NCBI GenBank assembly: GCA_054661495.1 | Contig: BAAFSQ010000092.1 | Location: 3,792-35,791, forward strand | Origin: Zygophlyctis sp. KS116 | Taxonomy: Eukaryota; Fungi; Chytridiomycota | DNA: 32,000 bases | Direction: 5' to 3' | Notes under the pieces: generated by a model | The model's input: the letters and a program-made list of their open reading frames with translations, nothing else | What the model was told of the DNA's origin: nothing | The model's database searches: none | Translations under genes and position numbers: made by a program | Shown: positions 11,707 through 22,288 of the stretch, in pieces | How the letters are laid out: every line of letters begins with the position of its first letter | Position numbering within the stretch: position 1 is the first letter of the stretch

Positions 11707-12033
11707 TGATTTGATCTTTTAATAAATTTTACTATAGCCTCTGCATCCGATATTTACATATTTACATTGGCATATTTAATTCTACTAACCGATGTAATAT
11801 TGGTTGTATTGCTAATGCTACAATTGGATTATTCTTGTATTATGGCGTATAATTCGGTATAATTCGTAGTTTTTGTGCATGAGTAGTGCATCTAGAAAGC
11901 ATCAGTAATGAATCAGTCAAATAACAATCATGCATGCAGTCTACTAGTAATGCATGCATTGAATTTAATCGTCAGTTCATGAAACGGCTTAAACTGCCAA
12001 TAGTTTGAAGGAGTAGGAAGTTTCAAGTTTAGA

Positions 12034-13113
12034 ATGACAATGGATATGATTAGACTATGGGAACCATTTGTAGTCAACTGTCCTTTTATGGCAAATGGAA
12101 ATGATGAATGCAATTGGGATCCTTGTCTGTTGGATCATATCGATCCCTTACTAGATCATTTTTCAAAGGCTCATAGTGTCATAATAAAAGATCCGCTTAG
12201 AATTATACCGTTTGCTCAGGAATATATTTTGGAATTATCAATGTTAAATGGATCATTGGATTATAAAACAGATTTAGAGATTAGATCAAACTTGATTCAA
12301 GGGAAATTACTACAAGTCTGTAAAACTCAACAGGAAGAACGGTTGCAAGAGTTTGATAGAAAATGTTTATTCTGCAAAGAAGAGATTAATAATCGGCTTT
12401 GCTATTTTCAACATTTAAAGAATGATCATGGTTTTAATACCGGACATCCAGATAATTTAGTCTATATTTCAAAGTTTTTGGACACTTGTCAAGGACTATT
12501 AGACAAGAATCAATGCATTTATTGTAAAAAGGAATTTCCAGAGTCTTCTCTACTTCGAAAGCATATGAGGAAAAAGAAGCATTTTAAGATTAATTCAGAT
12601 GATGATAATTTTGACAGATTTTATGTTATCAATTACAAGGATACTTACAAGGATAAAGAAGATTTAGGAGATGATAATCAAGAGGATGAAGAAGGTTATT
12701 CGGATTGGGAAGAAGAATGTGATAGAGTTACAATGTGTTTATTTGATGGTAATTTTAGTTTTTTTTTCAATTAATACTTAGATCAAGTATTTTCAACTTC
12801 AGAATTGGCTATGCAACATATGCGTAAATGTCACAAGTTTGATTTAAATGCTTTAAAAAAGGACAATGAATGGGATTTTTACGATTGTGTTCGGTTAATC
12901 AATTATATTAGACGTAAAACTTCTTATCTAACTTGCTTAAACTGTGATTATAAAGCTGAATCTTTTTCAGACTTGGAAAAACATTTTACTCAATCTATGC
13001 ATGATTCTGATATTCCTGAAAAGTCTCTTTGGAATGACTCTATATATCTTTTTCCTACATATGAATCTGATCCACTACTTATGCATCCTGATTTAATGGA
13101 ATTTAATATGTAA
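12034..13113 (+). CDS. ZNF277-like C2H2 zinc finger protein
   Basis: CLFC...HLKNDHGFNTGHPDNLVY, CIYC...LRKHMRKKKH, FDRFYVINY, DFYDCVRLINYIR, YLFPTYESDPLL. Intron 12749-12781 (33 nt). Confidence 0.85.
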
Positions 13114-13164
13114 ACTTCAAATCAATAAATTAAATGCAACATATTTCTAGTATTCCTAGTAGTT

Positions 13165-14035
13165 CTATGAGTAATCGAGAAACGATTTCTCCAAAATATA
13201 TAAAATATCAGTCACACAGAGAGAATCAATCAGTCTTTGACTTGAGTCAGTAACATAAATCACTCTAAATTGATTTTGAACGAATTCATGAATCACTTGA
13301 TCTAAATTGCACATTAAAGAACAAATTGGAATTTTATGATTCCCTTGTTCTTTAAGTAAATCATTGACGGTTTTTTTGAGAATATTGGGCTCTTTGAGTT
13401 GTAAATCAGTTAAATCAATGCAACCGCGCACCTTGCAATCATCATCCAAAACTGGTATATTTCTTTGTGAATACATGTACATCTTTTCAAATCCATAAAA
13501 ACATGATTGATTTAAATTTATAGAGACTGGAAAATTTAGATCAGCATCCAGCTTTTTCTCTAATATTTCAGACATTTGCAGTGAAATAATCGGACATTTT
13601 GCCCGCATAAATCGTAACAAATCCATCTGTGATACTAATCTTTCTCGATCATCATGAATTACTAAAACATAATCAATTAAACAAGTCATTATAATCAAGA
13701 CTTTAAGTAGAGCATCATTTCCTGAAAGAATAAAACACTTTGATTTCTTGATTGGTTGCACTGATTGTCCGATATCAATTTTATGTATAGAATTAAAATA
13801 ATTCCATATATCTAATCTATTCGTAATTGAGGATTTTAAGCTACTTATTCATAGTTTCTAATCGCTGCCTTCCGGTCACTACAATAGTTTTAACGTTATA
13901 GAGTTGCATTTGCTGTAATGCCTAATTATGATTTAGATCTAATCGTACTTTTTCAATCGTATTATCCTCATTAATTGAAACTAGTTGTCTTTTACCTATA
14001 AATTCTAATAGCTCCTTGATCTTTATTGAATTCAT
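13165..14035 (-). CDS. CBS-domain protein (Sds23/AMPK-gamma-like, 4 CBS motifs)
   Basis: Extended upstream of the given ORF: ATG 14035 MNSIKIKELLEFIGKRQLVSINEDNTIEK|ALQQMQLYNVKTIVV...MNK|LDIWNYF, using introns 13922-13948 (27) and 13817-13844 (28). Later CBS motifs are NIPVLDD..RGCIDLTDL and VIYVTD..SLCVTDIL. Confidence 0.75.
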
Positions 14036-14078
14036 GTCAAGAAAGCTTCCGATAACTGGGACAGCAACTTACGTAAAA

Positions 14079-14795
14079 ATGACTTCAAACAAGATCATAT
14101 CTGGTATTGTACTAAAAAAGAGAAAAGAAGAAGAATCTAATCCATGGTCTTCTGTGGGTTATCTTACTGTTAAATCGACACTTGCTGTTGTTAATCTACT
14201 CATCTTTATCTTTGGAATAGCACTAATTATTATTGGTATTAATGCTACTAAAATATTCAAATTTGGAGCTCCTAGCGGTTTATCAGTTGCGATCATGCTA
14301 TGCGGAATCTTTATATGTGTTGTTGGCGCTGTGGGAATCTATGGCGTTTTGTCCGAAAAGGGAATGTATCTAAAGAGTTATATCATTCTCATTTCTCTTG
14401 CGATTATAATACAGCTCATTCTTACAACAATGCTAATGACTCAAGCTCCTGTTATTAATGCATTCTTTGAAAATCTTTTTAATTCTTCAATTGGTACTGA
14501 TCTAGACAAGGTTGAATATATTCAAGATGCATTGGAATGCTGTGGATATTCTAATATAAGATCGGCTTGTAAATATTCCCAGCCATGTGGTCCAAAAATT
14601 ACAGAAGTATTTACAAAGTTGGCAATTCCGATTGGAATAGTAACCGGAATAGAAGCGGCTCTCGTAATGATCTGCTTACTATATATATCTTGTTTAGTCA
14701 GGAAACAGGCGATATCTAATAAAGAGATAAATCAGGCATGGAATCAAAATAATGAATCTATTCAAAAGGATTATGCAAAGTTTGATTATGCTTAA
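14079..14795 (+). CDS. Tetraspanin 1 (apparently intronless)
   Basis: Four hydrophobic segments, G.YGVLSE, and an EC2 loop with IQDALECCG and two further Cys. ATG 14079 is preferred because ATG 14034 overlaps the CBS gene start codon. Confidence 0.8.
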   Translation: MTSNKIISGIVLKKRKEEESNPWSSVGYLTVKSTLAVVNLLIFIFGIALIIIGINATKIFKFGAPSGLSVAIMLCGIFICVVGAVGIYGVLSEKGMYLKSYIILISLAIIIQLILTTMLMTQAPVINAFFENLFNSSIGTDLDKVEYIQDALECCGYSNIRSACKYSQPCGPKITEVFTKLAIPIGIVTGIEAALVMICLLYISCLVRKQAISNKEINQAWNQNNESIQKDYAKFDYA

Positions 14796-14843
14796 TAAAG
14801 AGTATTTTAAGAGTTTGTTTACGTCATCAGAGTTTGTAAACAT

Positions 14844-15742
14844 ATGCCACCATTTATTGAGAGCATTGGGACATTTTCATTTAACAAGGAAACATTTTGG
14901 TCTGCAGGAGGTATATTAATTATATTTCAGCTGATACAATAGGTTTTATGATTGTAAAGAATCTGCTCTTGTTTATAAACTTTCTATCATTGGTAACATT
15001 AGGATGTTTAATGATAGATTGCTGGTATTGTCCTGATAAGCGGTGGAAGTGTTATAACATCTAGTTCATCATCGGATATTCTAAATCTTTCGGGATCTAT
15101 CGGGGTTTCTGCAATTGTGATTGGACTTATTATTACGATTGTGTCATTTTTGGGTTGTTTTGGTGCTGCAAATGAAAAAGGACTCATGTTGAAAACTTAC
15201 TTTGGTCTATTGATTTTATTAGTAATCTTGGAAATAAGTGTTGGTATTGCCGCATATGTTAAAATGGATGATGTATTATAATTTAGATTTCTAAACTCGT
15301 AGTTGGATACATTATTAGGTAATGCCTGGAGAAATTCTTATGCTCAAAATACTACTAGCTCACTTGCCACTTTAAGATCTATTGAAAGATCGCTAAATTG
15401 CTGTGGATATAATAGCACGTTGGATTATTCAGTTCCGATTATTGAAAAGTCAAATGTTACATGTGTTGAATCATTAGGAACAACAGTTTCTTGTCATGAT
15501 ACATTATTTGACAAATTCAATGATTCTTTAAGTACTGTTGGTGCTGCTGGGATTACTATCGGACTTTTAGAATTAATTGGCTTGTTTTTTTCAGTTATTC
15601 TATTTAGAAGAATCGCTGCTAAAGAAAACATACATTCTTCTCTATTAAATGAATCCTGGAGAATAAATCGTAATAAGATTCAATATGGGTAAGTATTTGT
15701 ATTTTGATGAATATTAGATTTCAACGATATCAGTACGTCTAG
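14844..15742 (+). CDS. Tetraspanin 2
   Basis: MPPFIES... joined by introns 14911-14942 (32), 14993-15017 (25), 15273-15302 (30) and 15689-15717 (29). Contains VSFLGCFGAANEK, LNCCGYN, four TM segments, and ends FQRYQYV*. Confidence 0.85.
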
Positions 15743-15759
15743 TCTGCATTTTTAAAAGA

Positions 15760-16299
15760 TCAATAGAATTCATCATTGCATTCATCATATTCCCCAATCA
15801 TTTTAATATCAAATCTTAGTGAATTTGCTACTTCCAAAAGACTAAGAGATCGTGAAATGTCCTGTACCACAACTTGTCCGATTAAATCTCTTAATTCTAG
15901 AATCAGTAGCCGAGATTTTTCTCTCCATTTTCCAATCAATTCCTTTAAATTTTCATCTTTCCCTGCATTAATCTTTGAATATACCAAGAGCTGATTATAT
16001 TTTTCTTGTAATTTAGAGACTTGGAGAGTATTAGACACATTTTTCAGAATTGGAGATCTAAATTTACCTATAGATTTCTTTTCAGGTTTAGATGTGGCTC
16101 TGAATTTATTAAATGTCTGAGAAGCAGATTTAATCGGACAAGTTCTCAAGTAAAAATACGCTTTTTCATTTATTACTTTTGTACAAATCAATTTCTTTCT
16201 AAATAAAGAATCAATAACCGGTACAGGAGGAGAATTCTCCCCAAGAGAAATTGGCTCAGAAAAGACAATTTTTAAACAAGATTCTAAAAGAGAAATCAT
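15760..16299 (-). CDS. Sfr1/Mei5 family recombination mediator (Swi5 partner)
   Basis: FRSP motif and C-terminal LKELIGKWREKSRLLILEL...LSLLEVANSLRFDIKMIGEYDECNDEF, matching the Mei5/Sfr1 domain pattern. Confidence 0.7.
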   Translation of the reverse strand: MISLLESCLKIVFSEPISLGENSPPVPVIDSLFRKKLICTKVINEKAYFYLRTCPIKSASQTFNKFRATSKPEKKSIGKFRSPILKNVSNTLQVSKLQEKYNQLLVYSKINAGKDENLKELIGKWREKSRLLILELRDLIGQVVVQDISRSLSLLEVANSLRFDIKMIGEYDECNDEFY

Positions 16300-16302
16300 T
16301 TT

Positions 16303-17142
16303 TCAAAGAGAAAACCCTAAATGAGCATTTTTGACCCCAGTCCCAAAGTAAACTGAACCAAATCTGTTCAATCTGGGTACATGATAAAATACATGTCCTG
16401 GCCAACTTAAATTCTTTAAAATAACAATAGATCCTCCATTCTCTCCTTGAATAGACCAAGAACCTTTGGGTAAATCTTTAGAAATAGGTTCAAGTATATC
16501 TACAGATTCATCAAAAGTATTAATATTTGCTTCAATTGTTTCCGTATCCACTACAAATCCATCCCTAAAGTGTAAATATGAATCCAAATTTAGTAATGAA
16601 TCTGATTTAATCCCATTAAACTCGGGATTAATAGATAAAGCAGATGTTTTTGATTTATAATACGCCCCTCTTGGAACAATTTCAGATTCATGATTGATCA
16701 GAGCCACAACTCTTGATAAGCGTTTATCTTCTTTTATAATTCTTTCCTAGAAATATTAAGAGTTTTAAAATACATTTTGGGTAGTGTCTGAGCCATCTGC
16801 ATTTTTTAAAACTGTATATTCATAGGCCGGATCACCCATAAATCTTGCTTGGATTTGATCAATTCTAAATTTATCATCTGATGAGACTTCAGGTAATTGA
16901 AACCAGTTAATCATATCTAGACTATAAAAATATTTTCTTTCAAAGAAATTTGCGCCTGTTGATTGGGCGATATAATAATCTCGTTGTATTGCCAAGATCT
17001 TGCCCCATAGGAAAATATTTGATAATTTTTCTTCGGCCTTTTTAGCAGCGATTGATGAATTTAAGACGGTTTTTTCTTCAACATTTAAAGTAAATCCAGC
17101 AAGAGAAAAGTAATTTATATCTTCCAGGCTAGCAAATGACAT
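16303..17142 (-). CDS. RSPH9: Flagellar radial spoke head protein 9
   Basis: MSFASL...FLWGKILAIQRDYYIAQ, YFYSLD..W, FMGDPAYEY, then intron 16747-16773 (27), then KEDKRLS...IVPRGAY, DLPKGSWS, LSWPG, YFGTG.KN. Confidence 0.92.
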
Positions 17143-17189
17143 TTTGATGACTGCGACGCGTTTATTTTCTTTCAGTCGGAGATTTTGCA

Positions 17190-18029
17190 ATGAAAATATC
17201 CTTGCGGCCACTCAACGACTCTAATGAAATTCCTAGAATTCTAATAGATCCAAAAACTCCCATAGCAGTATGTAGAGCCAAAACTCCGAATCAATGTCTT
17301 GAAAATAATCTCTTTCTACTTCCAAAAGTCATTTCTAGAAAACATGCCATTATCTATGAGAAAGAGTTTACAGTTTACTTACAAGACACAAAAAGTTCTG
17401 GGGGTATCATTATAAAATCTAAATTAAGGAACATGGGTAAATGGTAATCGACTATCACCATCAGGAATAGAATCCAATCCACAAATAATTGTAGATGATG
17501 ATATAATACAGTTTGGGGAAGATACAGATTATGATGGCAGTAAGTCTTTAAGCATTTATAAAAAGGTTTGATAAAGGCAGTTTGCTTTAGGATAAATATA
17601 ACTGAATGCAAGCCAGAGCCGTCAATAGGAAAACCCGACATAGTACTCCAAAATAAATTAGAATCTCAAGATCACTCAAGTCAATCTATTGAAATAAGAG
17701 AAAAGATAAAGATTATCAACCCACTACCAAATGTAGATTTAGCGACTTCTCCAATTGTTAAAAATACAAAAATACTCACAAATTCCTCAATTCTACAATC
17801 GTCATCTTTGGGGAATACAGCAATCCATGATCAGAATTCTCAAAAAGAAACGAGTCATCTTGGAATTCGAAACCAATCAATGAAAATCCACAAAGTTTTA
17901 GAGCTACCTCTATTACCTCAACTACCGAATCATATTCAAGAAGAGTTAAATACTTTATGGACACCATTGGAAGTGATTGCATCACCATTTAAAGAGGCTG
18001 AATTACTACTATCGTCAAATAAATCGTAA
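17190..18029 (+). CDS. FHA-domain protein (SLMAP/Vps64/Dma-like FHA plus low-complexity tail)
   Basis: KVISRKHA, YLQDTKSSGGTWVNG and DDIIQFGED after removal of introns 17404-17428 (25) and 17540-17565 (26). Confidence 0.8.
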
Positions 18030-18031
18030 TA

Positions 18032-18642
18032 TTATTCAAAATACACTGATAAAAATTGATGAAAATCAAACAAATCACCTTGTTTCTCTGAAGATACTAA
18101 ATCAATCAACTCTATAGCTTCATCACGCTTTAATCTTTTTTCTTTTGTTCCCCAATTACTGAGAAGATCAATTAATACTTTGACCGGAAGTTTTCCTTCA
18201 GTAGTTTCATCTGGTTTTTGAAATCTATGATTAATCCTAGAATAAAATACTTTTTAAATGCCTTTATCATTTCTGAATAATTAAAACTAGCCTTTACTTT
18301 TTTAGAGACTGTCCCAACAAAAGACTCAAAATCAATTTCTCCAGTGTTATCAGGATCGCATTCAGAAATCATATTATCTATTTCGACTTGATTAGATTTG
18401 ATTCCTAGTGTATTCATGAGGACTAATAATTCATCTGGAGAGATTGCTCCTGAATGATCAGAATCCACCAATTGAAATATTTCTTGAATTTCTTTCAGTT
18501 CTTCTAGAGAAAGTCCAGTTTTTTCTAATAATGAATCTAATCCTTGAGTAGAAATTGGATCATTCTCAATCTTTTCTTGTCTTTCTAATCTTTTCCTGAC
18601 TTTAATATCCTCATCTTCTGAAAAAACAGAGTCTGTAGACAT
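18032..18642 (-). CDS. Calmodulin/centrin-like EF-hand protein
   Basis: EF loops DSDHSGAISPDE and DPDNTGEIDFES. Intron 18225-18250 (26) leads to a degenerate C-lobe ending FHQFLSVYFE* (stop 18032-18034). Confidence 0.85.
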
Positions 18643-18667
18643 GATTTATTATTTCCGATTAGAAAAA

Positions 18668-19276
18668 TCATCCTTCATAGACAAAATTATATGCAGAAAG
18701 TAACCAACTTATTGCAGAAATTTGAGAATTATACTTTTTAGAATTATAAATTTCATATAACGGAACAGCAATCAGTTTTGCATTTTTAGGGACATTAAAT
18801 GTCATATTTTCCATCAAATGAACTATAAATGTCTTTTTAATCTCTTTGGGTTTTGTAATATGACACGGTAAATAAGGATACTAAAATTAACTCTGTAAAA
18901 TTACCCAATAAACTTCAAAATTAGGACGATACATGACACCAACAATCTCCCCAACATCCCAATCTGAAGATGATTTACTCCCCAGTAATGAATTTAAAAT
19001 TCTTTTTAGACCTACCGTTTCATCTTCTCCCATTAGAAGAGATCCTAGAGGTAAAGATAGTTGTCCGGCTGAATTTTGAATCATTAGTAAATGTGGATGA
19101 TGATGCTCGTGTACAATTAAAATCCCTTGGACCAGTGTTTTCATACCTTTTGCAGAGTATTGCTTGATTAGAGAATCAATCTCTTTAGAAGGAAGAATAG
19201 GATCTAGATCAGAACAAGCCTCTTTTGTACCAAATGTATAGTTTGCAAGAGAATACACTGTTAAACTAGATTGCAT
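18668..19276 (-). CDS. NUDT21: Cleavage factor Im 25 kDa subunit homolog (divergent)
   Basis: YSLANYTFGTKE, VHEHHHPHLL, GEDETVGLKR, RPNFE, then intron 18881-18904 (24), then YPYLPCHITKPKE, VPKNAKLIAVPLYEIY. Confidence 0.9.
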
Positions 19277-19317
19277 GAACTAGACCTAGACTTTCTCCAC
19301 ACGAAAACCCTTGAGCG

Positions 19318-20485
19318 ATGACTTATAGACTCGTTATATGTTGTATTATCATGAATTTTATATTTTCCTGCTATGCATTAGATTCGACAGAAGAAAAATT
19401 AAATGGTTTTTTTACTCAACATACAAATAATTGGGTAATTTTTAAATTATTTAAAGTCAAGGCTGTTTTAGTTTGTACGTCACGTTTTTGGTTTAACTAT
19501 CGTCATATTGCAAATACATTGTCAATGTACAGAACTGTCAAACGACTAGGAATACCAGACTCTAATATTATTATGATGTTGGCGGATGATGTTGCTTGTA
19601 ATCCACGGAATAGATTTCCTGCAAAAGTTTTTAATAATAATGGACTATCTCTCGACTTGTATGGTGATAATGTAGAAGTGGATTATAGAGGATATGAAGT
19701 GACTGTTGAAAGTTTTATTAGAGTTTTGACAGGACGTCATGACTCTCATGTTCCTAGATCAAAAAGATTATTAACTGATGATAGATCAAATGTTTTTATT
19801 TTCATGACTGGACATGGTGGTGATGATTTTCTGAAATTTCAAGATGCAGAAGAAATTGGTGCACAAGATATTGCAGATGCAATTGCACAAATGTTTGAAA
19901 AAAAGAGATATCATGAATTATTTTTCATGATTGATACATGTCAAGCTGCAACAATGTATTCAAAAATTTCATCACCAAATGTATTAGCTGCTGCATCATC
20001 TTTAAAAGGAGAATCTTCTTATTCTCATCATGCATCTTTTGATATTGGTGTTGCAGTCATTGATAGATTTACTTTTTATAATTTGGAAGTTTTAGAAAAA
20101 GTTGATTCTTCATCTAAAGCTACAATGAAGAATCTCTTTGATACTTATAATCCTTCTGAAATGTTATCAACACCAGGAATCAGAACTGATTTATTTCAAA
20201 GACCAATTCAAGAGGTAATTTTTCTAAAATGTAAACCCAATCTAGACGTTATTAACTGATTTCTTTGGAGGATTATCAATGGTAGAAATGACTATAGACT
20301 CTTATCCAATGAAACCATACAAGTCTAAAATTCCAAAAGAGATAAAGTCCGAAACAACATTTCTGCAAGAACCAAGTTTGTCTCAAAAATTCTCTGTTAA
20401 AAAAGGACCAAAATCACTAGGGACTGATTTTTGGGTTGGATTGAGTGGATTTGGATTATTTTTAATCTTGGTTTGTGTCAAATAA
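19318..20485 (+). CDS. GPI8: GPI-anchor transamidase catalytic subunit (PIG-K)
   Basis: Signal peptide, HTNNW|AVLVCTSRFWFNYRH, MTGHGG, IDTCQA and a C-terminal TM segment. Introns 19435-19461 (27, in frame) and 20215-20245 (31). The start could be ATG 19351. Confidence 0.95.
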
Positions 20486-20525
20486 ATTATGAATAGGAAA
20501 TCAATTTATTACTTCCGCTCCTGAA

Positions 20526-22281
20526 ATGAATGTCAATCATCGCAAGACTCCACAGAAACGAGAGCATAAATTCAACTTGAATCTACAGTCTGATAAAGAG
20601 AATGTTCTACAAGTACCGCTGGATGAGAATTCATTAGTCGCTCTAGAAACTAAAGCACAGGATTTTACTGAAACTCCCGGAAAAGAATTGTTTAAATTGA
20701 ATCATTCGCACAAGCAAAAGTCTCAAGTTTGGTCTGCTAAATCTCTTCCTTTGAATAAGACTCCTAAATCCAGAAATTCAAAGGCCGGAACCAAAACAGT
20801 CTCTAATACTCCTTGTAAAAACTCTCAAAGAAAGACTCCATTGAAATTAAATACACTCAAAAGTTCATTAACAAAGACGCCGTCTAAATCGGATAGGTCT
20901 CTAAGATCTGGTCTAAGATCTGCAGCAAAGGAAAAGGAAAATGTTGAAATAACGCCAACAAATACTAGAAGAATGGCTAAATTAAAGGAAACTAAAAACG
21001 AAAAGCAGTCAGAGGAGAGACTTACTCGAAGAATGGCTAAAATACTGGAAAATAGACAGCAAGATAAAGAGTCAGAGGAGGAGGAAGAGATCAAAGAGAC
21101 TGCTTCATCAAGGAAAAAACGTGTCTCTGCTAGATCAAAGACTCCAATGGTGGAAAGATGTCAAAAGAGAATAAAGGCAAATAAAGAATTGGCAAAGGTT
21201 TTGGAGAGTTCAGAATCTTCTGAAGAGGATTCAGAAAAAGAAGAGGAAGAGTTGGATTTACCTTCATTTGAGAATTATTTTAAAGAATCAAAAGATCTTT
21301 CAAAAAAGAATACTTCTAATAATAATTTATCACAATTACCGGTACTGGATCCTCAAGAATATTTAAAAGAATTGAAAAACATATGTCAAAAGACTCAAGG
21401 TTTGGTGAATGACCAAAAGGCACGTATCCAGCAGTATTATCCTGATTGGGTTTTTGAATTAGAGTATGGATTTAATATTCTCTGTTATGGATATGGCTCT
21501 AAAAAAGATGTTTTGGAGGATTTTGTTGAATGCAATTTTAAAGGATATCCAGTTTTAAAAGTAAATGGATTTTTTCCAACTCTTAATATAAGATCAATTC
21601 TATCGCCATTGCTGGAACTTATAAATCATACGGGTTCAACGGGCTCTGTGATGGATCAAGTAGGATTAATTACAAGTTATTTTAATTCTCCAAATCGGGA
21701 AATCAAACATTTGATTTTACTCATTCATAACATTGATTCAGTATCTCTGCGTAATGATAAGTCAAGTACGCTTTTAAGTCTTCTGGCTGAATGTCCTTGT
21801 ATATATATGATTGCATCTGTGGATCATATTAATGCACCACTGCTTTGGGACCATAATAAATCCAAACGTTTTAATTGGATTTGGCATGATGCAACTTCAT
21901 TTTCACCTTGGATATCTGAAAGTACTTTTGAGAATTCTGTATTAGTCAAATCTGGTGGAATTGGGCCGAGAAATGTAATTTGTGTTTTGAACAGTTTGCA
22001 TGGACACGCTCGTGGAGTAATTCTATTAATTCTAATATTAGATATTTGGAATATTGGCAAAACATCAAATTGCAAGCCAGACTGTAGGATCAGGAATGTC
22101 TTGGAATTTATTATTTCAGTCATCTTGTGAACAATTCCTTGTAACAAATGAAATCACGTTTTCGAGTTTAATGACAGAGTTTAGAGATCATAAAATAGTT
22201 ATTAAAGGGTCAGATGAATCTCTAGAAATACCTTTGGACGTAAATTCATTAATTTCAGTTGTTGAAGAGCTTGAATTATAA
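20526..22281 (+). CDS. ORC2: Origin recognition complex subunit 2
   Basis: WVFELEYGFNILCYGYGSKK, LLIHNID, IASVDHINAPLLWD, FNWIWHDAT, then intron 22017-22041 (25), then TEFRDHKI. Confidence 0.92.
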
Positions 22282-22288
22282 TAAAACT

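Noticed and set aside
11716-11745. 17-nt intron extending the DTW gene upstream
   Set aside because: It is shorter than every supported intron and no convincing upstream ATG exon was found. The 5' end is left uncertain.
14016-14078. N-terminal extension of tetraspanin 1 from the ORF track
   Set aside because: It starts at TTG and overlaps the first exon and start codon of the opposite-strand CBS gene. ATG 14079 has an A-rich context and is more plausible.
17143-17211. N-terminal extension of RSPH9 overlapping the FHA gene start
   Set aside because: It begins at a non-ATG codon. RSPH9 similarity starts around ATG 17142.
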